Source: Geosiphon pyriformis uo1 (taxonomy: Eukaryota > Fungi > Glomeromycota). Taken from it: a DNA stretch of 64,000 nucleotides. Both the position numbers and the translations under genes were made by a program. Positions within the stretch are counted from its first letter, which is position 1. Every line of letters starts with the position of its first letter. The DNA lies in assembly GCA_016748015.1 (NCBI GenBank), contig JAAOMT010000263.1:64193-128192 (forward strand). The letters are read 5' to 3'. Shown piece by piece: positions 38,158 through 52,053 of the stretch. The notes under the pieces were generated by a model. It was not told the DNA's origin. It did no database searches and saw only the letters and a list, made by a program, of their open reading frames with translations.

Positions 38158-38768
38158 CGATGATGATGATGATGACGACGAAACTGAACCAGAAACGGAA
38201 TTGGAACAGGAAATCGATGATATTATTCATGATAACCCTATCGTGATCTTTAGTAAGACTTATTGTCCGTAAGTAGGGTTTTAAATTTGTGATGGGATGG
38301 ACCCCCATTACTTGAAACTTTTTCAAATTTTTAATCTTATTTTCTTTTTATAAATTTTCTTGCAGATATTCAAGACGTGCAAAGCATATTCTAGCACAAT
38401 ACGACACAAAACCTCATCCATTCGTCGTAGAAGTTGATATCAGAGGTATTAAAAACTTACCCTCTTTCTCAAATTTTTAATGTTTCAATTCATTTGAGCT
38501 TAAACATAAAAATAGAAATCTCGAAAACTTCATACATAGCTCGCTTTAAATACAAAACCTAAATATCAATTTTCATTATCATTTCAACTTCCTATTAGAT
38601 GACCAAGAAGAAGTAAAGCTCGCACTATACAAATTCTCCTATCAAGCAACCTTTCCTAATGTCTTTATTGATGGTCGATCAATCGGCGGTAGCGAGGAAT
38701 TAGCTATATTGCAGACTAATGGTCGCCTCAAAGAGTTACTTGTTGATGCGGAAGTATTGAAGGCCTAA
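37664..38768 (+). CDS. Membrane-anchored monothiol glutaredoxin, Grx6/Grx7-like (284 aa; exons 37664-38268, 38366-38445, 38599-38768)
   Basis: N-terminal TM helix ILTATLGIFLCSLWIVSHF and a poly-Asp linker. After splicing: IVIFSKTYCPYSRRAK (CPYS active site) and TFPNVFIDGRSIGGSEE. Confidence 0.92.
38119..38179 (+). repeat. (GAT)n coding microsatellite (poly-Asp)
   Basis: Directly visible inside glutaredoxin exon 1. Confidence 0.9.
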
Positions 38769-39399
38769 TTCATTCCGATTTGCATCTAATCGATGGTGAC
38801 ACGAGGAAATCTCATGATATTCATAAATATGCTCATGTAAAATAACAAAAGTTTTAAAATATGCTTTAAAATTTACCCTCAAAGATCCGTGCTCTTAGTT
38901 AAAAGGATCAATGCTTGTACAAATTTATTATATTGTACTTTAAAATATAAATATTTTAAAAAATAGTATACGCTGACTTGATCGTTTTGGATAATTAACT
39001 TTTGGTAATTATTAATTTTATTATTCGATTTGTACATATTGTGTACTCTTATTATCCGTTTAAGCTTTATTAACTTTTAAACGAAGAATAAATCAGAAAA
39101 GAAAATTACTGCTACTGTTAAAGGTCTTGTGAAAATCATTTCATTCAAGGTACCAAAAATGAAAAAATTGAATAGTGAAATCACCAAAAATCTTTTTAAT
39201 TAAACGTGCCATCTTTTGCTAGAAAATTTTCTTTCAATACCCCCCAAAAAAAGGAACGCCCGATTTGCATGTGTAACCATATTTTAAAAATCAAGATATC
39301 AAGTTTTCTCCATTTTTTAACAAATATAATATCCTGGTGTGAAAAAAAAAATCACATAACTAAATTAAAATTGAAAAAGGTTAAATTCTGCGCACATGA

Positions 39400-40145
39400 A
39401 AACCGTAAATAGCAAAAATGCTTAAACGTGAACCCACAACAAATACGCCGCTTTATTGTCAAGTACTAAAGAACAGGAAAAAGTAAAAACTTACCATGTT
39501 TCTGAAGACCACCAATTCTTAATAACTTCGAAAAAGTTTTACTAATATGTAAAGCCAAAGAAAAACGACATGCACTAGTCCACTGTCAACAATTTAAGTC
39601 TTAACTGTTGCAAATTTCACGTATCACAAAAATCAAAATAAAACCGCTTACGATTGATGGGACAAGTGTGAAATTGGGAAGCAATCACGACCGCCAAGCG
39701 ATTCAATGCTGATTGCTTGGCGCCTAATTTCAAAAGTGGACTAAAATTCGTAATGGTTTGGGAGTGTTTTGCGTGGTAAATAAAAGGACTCATTAGTATT
39801 TTGTGATGGATGATGAAAAAATAATGCTAATGCTTAAGTAGTTAACGACGATCCATGATGTAGAAAAATGGTTAACGGAAAATAAAATTGCGACCGTCAA
39901 TTTGAGAACATATGGAAACTGTTGAAGGACAATATAAAGTTTTTCCGAAATCTGTGGTCGAACTTAAAGGAGGAATTGGAGAAATTTGAAGCCTCTATTC
40001 TCGAAGAGATTATTACCTCAATGCCAAGGAGGATTGAAGCAATAATAAAGTCAAATCGAGGGCCGAAAAAGTGTCAATTAGATATTATTTTTTATTTTTT
40101 GTGTCAAATTTTGAATCTGGGGATTACTCTACATGATCACATTAT
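39400..40145 (+). mobile_element. Tc1-family transposase remnant
   Basis: PNFKSGLKFVMVWECFAW (cf. PTFKSGRKSVMVWGCF), ENIWKLLK, and SMPRRIEAIIKSNRGPKK (cf. SMPRRIxAVIxAxGGxTKY). Deleted and frameshifted; left TIR not found. Confidence 0.8.
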
Positions 40146-42325
40146 AAGAAATCTTGAAATTGGAAGACTAAACACTTTGAAAATAAAATAAAATTTTAAA
40201 TATTTTTTAGTTACAACCATTTGGATTCTCATAAATAAAATGATTTTTTTTACAATTATTCATGTTTAAATTGGAATGTAACGTTGAAAAAATTATATCC
40301 AATTGCAAACGATTTTTTTGTAAAGTAATCTTGAAGATTAGTGAAATATTCTTTTCAGTTACTCATCACACTTTATCACCAATTACCCTGGCACCCCACT
40401 GAAGTTACCCAAAGCTATTCAATTTAATTGCAAAATGAGACCCACCACTATTTTTTCTCAAAAAGAAAAAGATTTGCCCCTGACCTCTAATGACATAAAT
40501 GAATGGTTTAACACTGGTATGTACTCCTTTATGCAAAACTTTAGGTGAAACCATCCGATAGCATGTTTTTAATTATAATCAGTGAGAATTCATTCATGAA
40601 CCTTTGATATATGTACTCATTTTGGTTTCGAAAGACAACAGGTAATGGATAAGGAAAATGGCGCATGTGAACTATAACAATTGAAAGAATTCCAGAATTC
40701 GGTGATGCAAAGTATTACAATATTAAATACGAATTTTCGGCTAAAATAAAGTCGATCTGATTTTTAGTTGCAAGTTAAAAAGAAATTTCCCGGCAACCAT
40801 TTATCATTTGGACAATTAAATCTTTTAAAAGTTAGCTTTTGGTTGATTCTTCTGTTTTAGCACAATGGCAATTATAATTTTAGCTATCTCTTAAACTCCC
40901 ATACAAATCTTCCCATTATTATTATTATTATTAATTAGCGATGTTTTTTCATTAAATATTGTTTAGGCTATCATTTTCAAGAAAACTACTTGTTTTTTAT
41001 GTTATCAATTGGCTTTCCTTAACATTTTAAATGATGCACCTAGCGTATCTTGGAATTTTCTTCAAAGAAATAATTTAAGCCATAAAATTTAATTGAGTTT
41101 CGAGTAACATATTTTTTCCGGTTATGATAATTTCTCTTTCAAGAATAAGCTAATATGGAAAAGATTCTAAAGTAATCATTGAAAAATATATTAGATTTGG
41201 AAATTTTTGGTCATAGAAATTATTTCCAAATAACCTACGCGATTTATATTCGAATCAGAACCACATATGGAAACACTTATTTATTTGTAATTGGATATTA
41301 ATTTTTATACAAAAAGAAAGGCTTAATTTGGTCGATTAGAAAATTCCCCTAAAAAAACCGAAAAAGTTGGTGGGTTTTTTAAAAGGCTAATTTGATGAAC
41401 CATTTAATTAATTTCAAGAATTTTTTGATTTATTTTTTAATCTTTTAAAATCTTTTTAAAAAAATTATTGTAAATATTATTTCAACAAACACTATTTGTT
41501 TTTTAGTAATAAATTTCTAAATTTGGACTAATCTATGAAAATTCTTGCTTTCTTAGCTGCCCTGCAGGTAATTTCTCAACCCTTTTTTGAAATGGAGAAA
41601 TACTTAAATAGACATCAAAGAAATGGAATTAACTGCTTAAAAATTATATTTAAAATTGTATAGTTCAATGTCTATGGTTGAAAATCGGGTTGGGTATAGT
41701 TTGAAAGAAATTATTTGTTTTTTTTTCCTCGTTACAAATCAGAAAAACTTTATACAAACATTAATAATCTCTTAAAAATAAAGCAAGACTAACATACATT
41801 CGGCCTAAACATTAATTATAAATATTAAAATCTATAACAACATTAAAAACTATTTGAAAATACTTTACAAATTTTCCACTCAACTTTTGCTCGATTCAAA
41901 TTTAAACTATCAATTGCTTTAAATCTAAAAATTCTGTGTATTTTGCTAATACAAAAATTTTGATAGTACCCGAGCTTACAATTTCCCGAATACTAACATT
42001 TTCTTAGCTAGGCAAACAAGGAAACAACTTTAGAAAATATATTCGATTTCATCCAATTATAATGATTTAGATAAAACCTTTTTCTTGTTTTTATTGCAGA
42101 GGTTTATACAAGGAACTAATTTTGAGATTTCGAATGAGAAAGTTTTGCAAATTAAATTCCTCTTCTCATTCGAAAGAAAAATAAACATGACCGTTGTTTA
42201 AAAAAGTCCATTCATTTGTTACTTTTGAAAGTGCTTTATGGGTTCAAAGAATCTTGACAGTACGATCCTAATTTAGAAGATTTGTTCGAGTTGCTGGTTT
42301 AATGACTAAATGAGGATTTGTTGTT

Positions 42326-44065
42326 TTACTCCTTTTTATCACTAGTTCTTTGGATATTAGGATTATTAACTTGAAGAGATGGTAAATACATGGGAATATT
42401 GTAATGCGGCCTGCCCACAACATTCAATTCAACTGGCGACAAGATTGGCACGGATCCTGATGGCGAAAATTGAGAATAGAACCCTTGACCTCCTTGAATA
42501 GCAGGGTTTACTGCAATTCCATTTTGTGGGGCTTGATATATATGAGAGCTATTGGAAGAACCGGTAGAATGCTGTGCTAATTGAGTGGCAAGTAGGTATG
42601 ATTGTGCCGAGGATGGCAATACATGGGATCCTGAGGATGATGAGGAAAGAGATTGAAAAGACTGTAAATGTGGCCTGGGTTGTTCACTAATATTTGGATG
42701 TATTGGGGATTGTGTGGCCAGGGTAAAATAACCTGTTCCGGCAGAGTTCATTCGTTGATTTGTTGACCTTTTGATAATTTAAAAGAAGATTAATTTCATT
42801 CAAACCATTAAGTTGAGATTTATTTTTGAAAAAAAAATTCGTAAAAAATTTACATCAATATACGTACAAAACGTTGATATAAATTTTGGGGAATATCCCT
42901 GAACTTCCTTGGGCTCGATTAGTGCCGTACCACCAATCCGCATTGACATATTGGGTGACATCAATTATATCGCCTTTTTTGAAACTCAGATCATCTTCAT
43001 CAACGCCTAAAAATTTTCGAAAAGTTGCATTTTCCTTAATAATTTGAGAAAGGCTAAGTACGAAAGAGAATTGGTCAAATAAGAATAACCATTTAAATCC
43101 CATAATGCCTCAACTGTACAAAGACAATAAGATAAGTCGGCTGCTTCTGCTCGTTCTCTTCTTTCTCTTTCTTGATCTTGTTGAGCATAAAAAGCAGCCT
43201 CTTCGTGTTTACTCATTTTCCTTAAAGCTTTTTGGGTTGATAAACCAGATGAACTTTGTCCATTAGCTCCAGTAATCGGCAAAACGGGTAAAGGCCTATT
43301 TGATGGTCCAGTTAGGGGATTGAGACCAGTGGGTTCCATGTCCGAGGAATTTAAGGTTTCTCTCACGGGTGTTTGTAGCTTTAATTGATTAGTATCATCG
43401 TCTTCCAAGTCATCAATGGTGTTTGTTGCATTTAAAACAGGGGATAAATACTGTACTCTTGGCATTGGAAAATCTGGAGATTCTAAATAATCATCTTCTC
43501 TTTCATTTATCATAAATTTTTCTGACTCGATAGATGGTGATGAGGTAGTAATATCTAGCAAAGACAAGGCTCGATGAAGATCAGTGGGTGATACAGTTTT
43601 GACATCTTCATTTGATATTTCGGCTGGAGCCGTTTGGTGATTAAGATGATCCGATTGAAGAGGGGGACTTGAAGAATTTTCATTAGACAATGTCTCTTGT
43701 GCTAATATAGGAGAACCTGAAGTTGGTGACTTTTCAGCTGGAATATGTTGAGTAGAAACACTACTAGGTAGTTGAGCAGCTTGAAAACTCTGGGGTTTTG
43801 GTAATCGATTCACAATCTCTGCTAACGCGATTGGAGAAAGATAATTTTGATCGCAAAGAAATTGCAAATCACGGATAACGCCTTGAATAATATGCCAGAC
43901 ATACGGCTCGTATATTATAGGTGCCCCTGAATTGGAAGAGTTTGTGGATAATGATTGGGAAGCTGTCAATACTAATCTTTGTTGGTTAGAGTTTTCGTGT
44001 GCCGTCGCTTGTTGTTGTTGGTGGTGGTGGTCGTGTTGTTGTTGTTTTATCTGTTGGCCTTGCAT
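42326..44065 (-). CDS. SH3-domain protein, Lsb1/Pin3-like (518 aa; exons 44065-43090, 43006-42868, 42767-42326)
   Basis: Spliced SH3 domain VEALWDLNGVDEDDLSFKKGDIIDVTQYVNADWWYGTN...GIFPKIYI. The N-terminal HIIQGVIRDLQFLCDQNYLS...IVNRLP resembles the Lsb1/Pin3 N-terminal helices; Q/S/P-rich flanks. Confidence 0.85.
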
Positions 44066-44399
44066 TTCTTAATATTCAAATATTCAATACGATAATATAT
44101 TATTGGCCGAAATTTCAGTTCAAGTTATGATTTAGGAATTTACTCTATTGAAGCCTATATATATATTTTAGAAAATAAATTCCGAAATTATGCCACAAGT
44201 TGATTACTGAACACATTCCCTTTGTGCTCTACCTTATTTTGGGATTGATCGACATCTATTTCCGATCTTACCAATTCAACTAAAACTTTTAATGTTTAAT
44301 CATGTGATAAATTTAAATTTGGTATTGTAATAAGTTTTTTCTGAACATTTAGTTTTTGTGTGATTTAATTTATGCCGAAAGCACCATTTTTTGCTGTTT

Positions 44400-46880
44400 G
44401 AATTTTGCCAATTGATTTGTACACATAATTTAATATAATAATATTAATAAAAAAGTGCTTTTAATAAAAAAAAAATTCTGCTATCAAACAACTTTTTATT
44501 AAAAATAATCAAAATTTCTTTTTTGAAAATATAATAATAAATTAAATTAAATTTAAATTAAATTAAATTAAATTTTGTGTAATTTTTACATTAATTAAAA
44601 AGTATATTTTTATTCTGAATTTTATTTAAATAAAAATTTATATATTAGTTAACAATTAATTAATTAAATTTTTTTTAATAAAATACGCTAAAAATACAGA
44701 TAAAAAATAAATACTAAATAATAATGAATGTTATTTAAAAATGTGTTAGATAAAACATTACAAAATACAATAGCAGCAAAATTAAAAACATAATCACAAA
44801 TTACAGCAATTTTAATGTATTAAGAAAAAAATAAACCAGTAAGTTCACATTTTAATTACATTATTTAAGACTTTTTTTAGAAACATATTTTACATAAAAA
44901 AACTTATTATTATTAATAGTAACCAATAAAAGACCAATATTATTTAACAAAAATTATTATTTAATTAACTAATTATTGAATAAAAAAATAAAACAATTAA
45001 ATAGTATTTATTAATAAAGTAATAATCATATTAATATAATATAAGTAATAATGCACAATCAAATCCAATTACACAAAATTAAAAAAATTGGTTTTTCAAA
45101 AATTTAAAGTATTTTTTAAATAATAAATATCTTTAAAAAAGTATTAAGTTATCAATTGTTTATTATTTTGTTTAATAATTTTTATTTTTTTACTTTTTAA
45201 ACCAATTAGCTTTAAAACACTCTTAATTTCGATTTAAAATTATTTTTTATTCAAAATATAATTACTAATAAAATTATTATTAACATCCTAAAATTTTACT
45301 TATTTTTGGCCAAACATTTATAGTTGACTTTAAATTCTAAAAAATTTAATAATTTGAATGAATAATATTTGATCAAAAAATTTACAAATTACTAATTGTT
45401 TTTTTTATTTTTTAATTTATTAAAACTAGTAATAATACAAATTAAGAAAAATTGGAATTTTTATTTTAACATATTTAAATTAAAAAAAAATAAAATTTAA
45501 AAATAATTAAAGTGAATTAGATTGTTAATACTTAAATAGTCAAATACTTTTTTACACCTTTAAAAAAATTTTTCTTATATATTTTTTTAAAAAAACAACT
45601 AACCAAATCAATAATTAAATTAATAGTTTGGTTAATAATTACATTAATAATCAATTCTAAAAATAGAATGACTAAATATATAATATTAAAAATTAATAAA
45701 TAATTAAGATAATTAAAAAAAAAAAGAAATTTAAACCATAAAATTATTATTATTTAGATTGTTAGAGAAATTAAATTATCTATTTTCAATTAAAACAATT
45801 TACAAATTATAAATTAGAAGTTAATATTTCCAACTACCAAAAATTTATTTCTGTAATACCAACCAAGTCATATAGAAATTAAAATATAATTAAAATATAA
45901 GCCAATATAAAATTTGAAAAAATATTAAACACCAGAACAGAAACCATTTATTTAAAAAATCTTAATAAATAGTAATAACTTTTCAGTTATCAAATAAAAT
46001 ATTAAGAAATATATTATATTTTAGTTTTTATAACATTAAGTTAAATTTTAAAATAAAAATATTATTTGATAATTAAATAAAAACACATGTTAAAACATAA
46101 TTTGTTTTTTTAATAAAAAATATAACCAAATATTAATCTATATTTATTTTAATAAACGTGTTTTTGCTATTGTTGTTTATAACTGAATTGTGATTAATTG
46201 CTATAGTTACAATTGGTGAACAAAACTGGCAAAAAAACCAAAGCTTTGTTTTTAAAAAAAGAAAACTGGTTCCAAACAATAGTAGTGAATTTAAAATTTT
46301 CAAAAAATAAAGAGCTAATGTTTTCAAAAATGGTAAAAGGAAAAGGTTTGTTGTTAAGATTAATGATAATCGCGGTTGCTTTATTTTTTCTGGTCATTTA
46401 AGAAATGATGATAATGATAAATTTGGTTTTAGTTTGTTGTTAAAAATTTTTAAACTCTTGGTGATAGTTGTTACAACACTAAAACTGTTCCTAAAGAATG
46501 ACTATCAGTTAAGAAGAAAAAATACTTTTAAAACAATCAAAAGTTGTTTTAAATTTGTATTATTTAGAAGAAATGCTTTTACAATGTTTTATTTAGCTAT
46601 CTTTATTATTAAGAAGGCTTTTTCTGTTCTAGCTTTTTTAGTTATTTTATGAGAAATAGTGGAGGAAAAAGTTTTTGATATAATAATAATTTTTATTTAA
46701 TTAACAAGTAAAAAAAAAAAATAATTAATTAAAAATTGAACAAATTTAAATAATTGTAAAAATCAATATAATAATTGTAAAAATAAGAATCTATTTGAAT
46801 AAAATATCAATTTTATTTTCAACTTATTCCTTGTATGAATTTTTGAATTTATTATTTATTATAAATTAAATTTTCTAAAA
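44400..46880. repeat. Hyper-AT decayed transposon tract
   Basis: About 2.5 kb almost devoid of G/C; the ORFs listed here are low-complexity artefacts. Confidence 0.55.
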
Positions 46881-47379
46881 ACTGATTGAAAAGTAAAAGC
46901 CGCTTTTTTGCAAGACAAATTTTATTATAATGATCAAGTCTTCCATGTAGACCTCGTTTTTAATCCTCATTAAAAATTTCTGCTACATTGAACCAAAGAT
47001 TTTTCCCTGATAAGGGTTGAATGTCGGTCTGATATTTCTTTTTGAAGAAGTGAGTAATTGTAAGAGATATATAATGAAAGATTTTGTTTCTTGAGAGAAT
47101 TCCCAGTAATTCTCAAGTTTAATTGCTTTGCGATTATTTTTTTGACTACTTCGCTTTGTATATTAATACTAAAATTTACAACTGAAAGATTAGAACATGA
47201 CCAAATCTAGATTAGTCGGTAAATTGCATAAATGATAAGGATCTCACATTACTTATTTTAAATAATAAGCACAACAAATTAAATTTCGCATTGATAGTAA
47301 AACAAGAAAAAATAATATTTTTTTAGGAATAAATTGAATTTTTCCTTTTATTTGAAAGAAAATATTTTTTTATTCCTCT

Positions 47380-48180
47380 TTCTCATCACAAGGTGACTTT
47401 ACATCATAAAAAAATGCAAAGCAATCAGAAGGATGAACGCTCTGCAAGAACAGCGACCTTCCGGACCTGGAGAATATTATCAATTTAATTTTCAGATAAA
47501 TCTGAAAAGAAATTAAAATTAAAAATTATAATCACAATTTGTTGCGGCATTAGCCTTCTGAACTCATAATAATAACTTTTGGCTCCTTTTATGTTCTCAC
47601 AGCTTAATTTACTTTCTACCGGAACACCATCAATTGTTGTAGCAACCATAATAAGAGCTTTATTAACCACTAATCGACCAGAATTAGGAAAAATACTATT
47701 AGCCATTGTGTTTATTAAAACTGATTTCCAAGGTTTATCCAAATGATTATGAATCTTAACATATTTGAATTTAAGTTTTGAGAGTAGATTCCTTTACAGC
47801 TTAAACAGAAAAGGAAATGACAGCAATTAGCACCCCACTAGAACTCTTTTCTAATGACCAATTTTCACCCAAAGAGTAAACGAAGGCAAAATAATCTTCT
47901 TTGCCATAATTACATTATTATCGGCAGTATTTTGCGTATTTAAGTTCCCTTTTCAAAGTTTACTAAAAGCTTTTTTCACTTAGCAAGAGAATTCCGAGGA
48001 AAGTTATAACTAAAAATTTGAAAACCTTCCAACTTTCTTCTGTCCACCATTGGGAATAGTGCTGGTGTAGCTTTCGTAGTTATTGGTTTAGCTAACGATT
48101 AATAATTTCGAACCAATTTTTAATAAAATGATTGGTGAGACAAAAAGGAATCACTGCACGCACTGTCCTAAAAAATGAGA
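47380..48180 (-). pseudogene. Unassigned degraded coding relic
   Basis: Coding-like composition. The 85-aa frame continues past its stop (SDLSEN*IDNILQVRKVAVLAERSSF*); family not recognised. Confidence 0.3.
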
Positions 48181-49869
48181 AATAGGGTTAGTAAATGCTA
48201 GATTAAAGTTTTGGCTAATCTTGAATTACCAAAAAACAACAACAACAACAACTAAACCACTTTCTCATAATCTAGAAAACAAACCTTAGCGTTTACTTAA
48301 TTACTTTTGGTAAACCAAAAAAAAAACTCGTTTAAAAAGAAGAATAAAAGATTTAGGTTCGAGTACCATTTCAAATTTTAATTTTTTTATTTTTCCAAAA
48401 TTTCATTTAGTAATTTCTTCAATTGTAATCTCTTTCGTTATTCTTGAGATCACAAACAAGTAAAATCTCTCGTTTTTTTTTTCGCCATTCTTGGAATTTC
48501 GCTTTTTATTAACTACTTAGGCTTTATTAATGAGAAATTAAATTTATACTATAAATAATTTGATTATTGATTGTTCTTTTGACAAAGATTCTTTTTATTT
48601 TCAGTGATTTTCTTTTATTAAATGTATATTAAAAATTTATTAAGTAAATAAATACCATTTTTAATTAGTTTTTTTTGCTTATTAAAATATCATATTTATA
48701 ATATTTTCCCAAAAAATTAATTATAATATATATTTACAGATAAATAAATTAATTTTTTTAATAATAATTAAAATAAAAGAAAAATCCAAAAATAGAAATA
48801 AATTAAAAAAATTTTATTTTTTTTAATAATTTATAAAGTTTATTTGAGACTTAGTCGTGTTTCTTTACGTCAATTTGAAATATTTAAATTTTAAAGGTAA
48901 ATTGGTAATAGATTTAATGGTAAAAAATTCGTGTAACTGTAGGATAAATTTTTGTTTGTATATACTTGGATTTTTGAGAAGTCTATGTTATTGTTGTACT
49001 CATTATATTTGTATTTCATAATATGAGCCCAACATTTAAAACAAGAACAAAAAAAAATGGTAATAGAGTTTAAAAAGAATCATATTAATTAGTTTATCAT
49101 TGATTGAAAGCTCCCACGTAAAAAGTTGTCACGCAAACAAAAATCATACCAATTATATCTTTTAAAAACAATAAAAGATAATAGTTTCTAGTGTCATCTT
49201 TTCTTTTTTATTTTAAAACTTTCTTATAAATTTACTTTTTGTTTCAATGCCACAGAGCCCTGATCTCTGATTAAGAAGGTTAAGACTATTTTAGTAAAGT
49301 GGCTTTTTTAACTTTTTTCTAATTTCCCCACAAAATTCCTAAAGTATCACAGTGCGATGAGAAATCTTGTTTTACACCAATCATTAATTGCCAGCATGAA
49401 TTAGAATCTGAATAGGGATTTTTGAAAAACATTATTATTTCTCAGAAAAAAAAAAAAAAAACTGGCCTTTGCTCTGATTGTTTGTATCCTATTAAATATT
49501 CTATCTTTCGGAATTAACTTGTTGAGAAGGTTTTTCCCATCTACTGTTGCTTACTCATCCGTCACCTGGAAAGTTAAAATAAAAATCGACCTTCAACCCA
49601 AATAAAGGTATTAAAATAACCACGCCACGCTAGATTGGGCTTCAGATGAGTAAGAGTTGGTCTGTGCGGTTTTTTTTCCCTGTGGTGATGCTGATAACCC
49701 TGTGATATTTGTAAACATTTATGAGAATTGTGATTACTATGAGATTAATTGACTAAATTGGAAATTTTGATTGTCAAACCTTTGGATCGTGAGAATATGA
49801 ACCAAATTAGTTTTTCCATTGTAAAAACTCGATACAAACCGACAAGAGGAAATTGATTCATCAAACTTT

Positions 49870-49874
<5 letters not shown>

Positions 49875-49921
<47 letters not shown>

Positions 49922-49930
49922 TTTTTTTTT
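49875..49930 (+). repeat. Long poly-T tract
   Basis: About 40 consecutive T plus a second run. Confidence 0.9.
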
Positions 49931-50304
49931 AAAAAATTGGATAAAAAATGTGATATTAGATATTTAAAATATTCACCCAACTCTTCGACTAGCCGTACAT
50001 GCAAGATAATCACGGAAATTAAAGTTGAAGATCAGCAAATAGAATGTTTAACCAAATTGGCGTCGCGCCTACTTACTAAGCGAAATATGATGATAGAGGG
50101 GCTATTTATCTAACTGATCAAAATACTCTACAAAAAATTGTAAAAAAATAGCTCATCTTTTAGCGCGCCACAAATCAGACTGTACAGTAACATAGTTGCA
50201 CCTGCGCACAGGCATTCATCAATCCAAAACTAAAACACTACAGCCTTGTATCACACACAAACTCTCACATTATCAACGCTACACTTTTCCTAAATGTTTC
50301 CACA

Positions 50305-50368
50305 CCCCCCCCCCCCCCCCCCCCCCCCCCTCCCCCTCCCCCTCCCCCTCCCCCTCCCTCCCTCCCCC
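50305..50368 (+). repeat. Poly-C plus (TCCCCC)n tract (G-rich on the minus strand)
   Basis: Directly visible, ~440 bp upstream of the F-box/LRR gene. Confidence 0.9.
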
Positions 50369-50805
50369 AATAATTGGTGTAAATTAAATTGATAACAATA
50401 AATTTTCTCGCATCAAAAGTGTCCAAAGATTAATAAGATTTAGGGGTAAAAATATTATTGTTCTTTATAACAACCTAGCACCTAGAATTTTTTTTTGGAG
50501 CGTTTTTCCATTTGCTTTTTCCCAGGTGATTTTCCTTTGGCAGCGAGGTGAATACGCCAGCATCATAAATGGTAGGGCACGAGGGGTAGTTGTCACATCA
50601 AATTACTGTGCAGTTTGCAGTGTTCTTATCACATCTCCAGTTAAGACTCCGATAGTATTACAAAACTAATTTTATTTACAATCACCTTAATATAAAAAGG
50701 TGTATAGAGATTCAAAAAATTCTTTAATCACTTTCTCCTTATTTTTTTTTAATGTTTTTATAACCTATATATTTTTTTTGTATCGGTTATTAAATTTTCT
50801 TCAAA

Positions 50806-52053
50806 ATGATGGCAAGAACATCAAAAACATCAACAACATCGACAAAAACAACAAAAACAACAAAAACAGCAACAACAGTTTTTCCTCTTAACCGATTACC
50901 TTTTGATTTATTAGAAAATGTTCTTTCATTCCTGATTAAACATGAAGACACTCAAGTTTTTGGAGTTGAACTATTATACGTGAATCGAAATTTTGCTCGT
51001 GCAGTAGTACCACATATTTGGAACCATATTTTTATCGTTGAACCGACACAATATCATCTATCAACGATTTTGAAATCACCCATCGAGAAATTAATGTTCA
51101 ACTATCCAGCCATGATTCGTAGCGTGAAAATATGTCCAGTCTCAATATCAGATATGAAACCTGGAGGCTTGCTGCGGTCTTTGAAAATTTTAAGTGACCA
51201 GTTGCCAAACTTGAAACGACTTCATATTGAGGATAAATTATCTTTTTGTCATGTTTGTCTTGTGGGTAAAGAAGCTACAACTATACAAGTTGCCGCATTA
51301 ATTTCTTCAATGAAAAAATTAAAAGAGTTGAACATCGATTCGAATCATGATATTTTTAATGACAGCTTATTAGCGTTTATTGCTCCAACAATGACTGATA
51401 ACTTGACTCGAATTTCATTGAGTGGTGGACATTTTACGGATAAAGGAATCGTTGAAACTATAATACCAGCATTGAAACATAAATTGGTTGAAATATCAGC
51501 TGGATTGGGTGGAATAAATCCTGTTTCAATTACTGGATCTACAGTTATTTCTCTATTAACCGAATGTACACAACTACGAAGAATGTCATTGGAAGGCCTT
51601 CACCTTCACGATAAAGACTTCCTTATCGAAGATCTTCCTGAAAATAAATTAGAATATCTTTACCTTGGCAAAGTATCCCCACAAGATTTTACCACTTTTG
51701 GGCTTCGCTCACTATTGTTAACCTGTCACAAATCCTTAATCACACTTAAACTTGATCTTGATCATATTTCTCAAATTGTTATACAAGACATTATCATTCC
51801 TTTATTCCAAAATCAAAAACTCTCTCAATTTCATTTGGTGTCTGATTCATGGGCTGCTTGGGCAGCGCATTATCCTCGTCCACGATATGAACATGAACTT
51901 CGAGCCAAGGAAGCAATGTGGCGCTGGAAAATGAAAGCTTATTGGGGATTATCGAATGATTCGATTCAAATGATTGGCAAACAAGTAAAAACTCTCCAAA
52001 TATTTAGTATCTTGAATATTAATCATTTACAAAAAACAATTACTCATTTCTAA
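50806..52053 (+). CDS. F-box / RNI-like leucine-rich-repeat protein (415 aa)
   Basis: F-box-like LNRLPFDLLENVLSFL...LLYVNRNFARAVVPHIWNH, then LRR-like segments LPNLKRLHI, LKELNID, LTRISLSG, LRRMSLEG, LEYLYLG. Confidence 0.82.
   Translation: MMARTSKTSTTSTKTTKTTKTATTVFPLNRLPFDLLENVLSFLIKHEDTQVFGVELLYVNRNFARAVVPHIWNHIFIVEPTQYHLSTILKSPIEKLMFNYPAMIRSVKICPVSISDMKPGGLLRSLKILSDQLPNLKRLHIEDKLSFCHVCLVGKEATTIQVAALISSMKKLKELNIDSNHDIFNDSLLAFIAPTMTDNLTRISLSGGHFTDKGIVETIIPALKHKLVEISAGLGGINPVSITGSTVISLLTECTQLRRMSLEGLHLHDKDFLIEDLPENKLEYLYLGKVSPQDFTTFGLRSLLLTCHKSLITLKLDLDHISQIVIQDIIIPLFQNQKLSQFHLVSDSWAAWAAHYPRPRYEHELRAKEAMWRWKMKAYWGLSNDSIQMIGKQVKTLQIFSILNINHLQKTITHF

Noticed and set aside
46133-46652. Four overlapping 62-72-aa ORFs
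   Set aside because: Low-complexity K/N/I/F-rich frames inside a decayed AT-rich tract.
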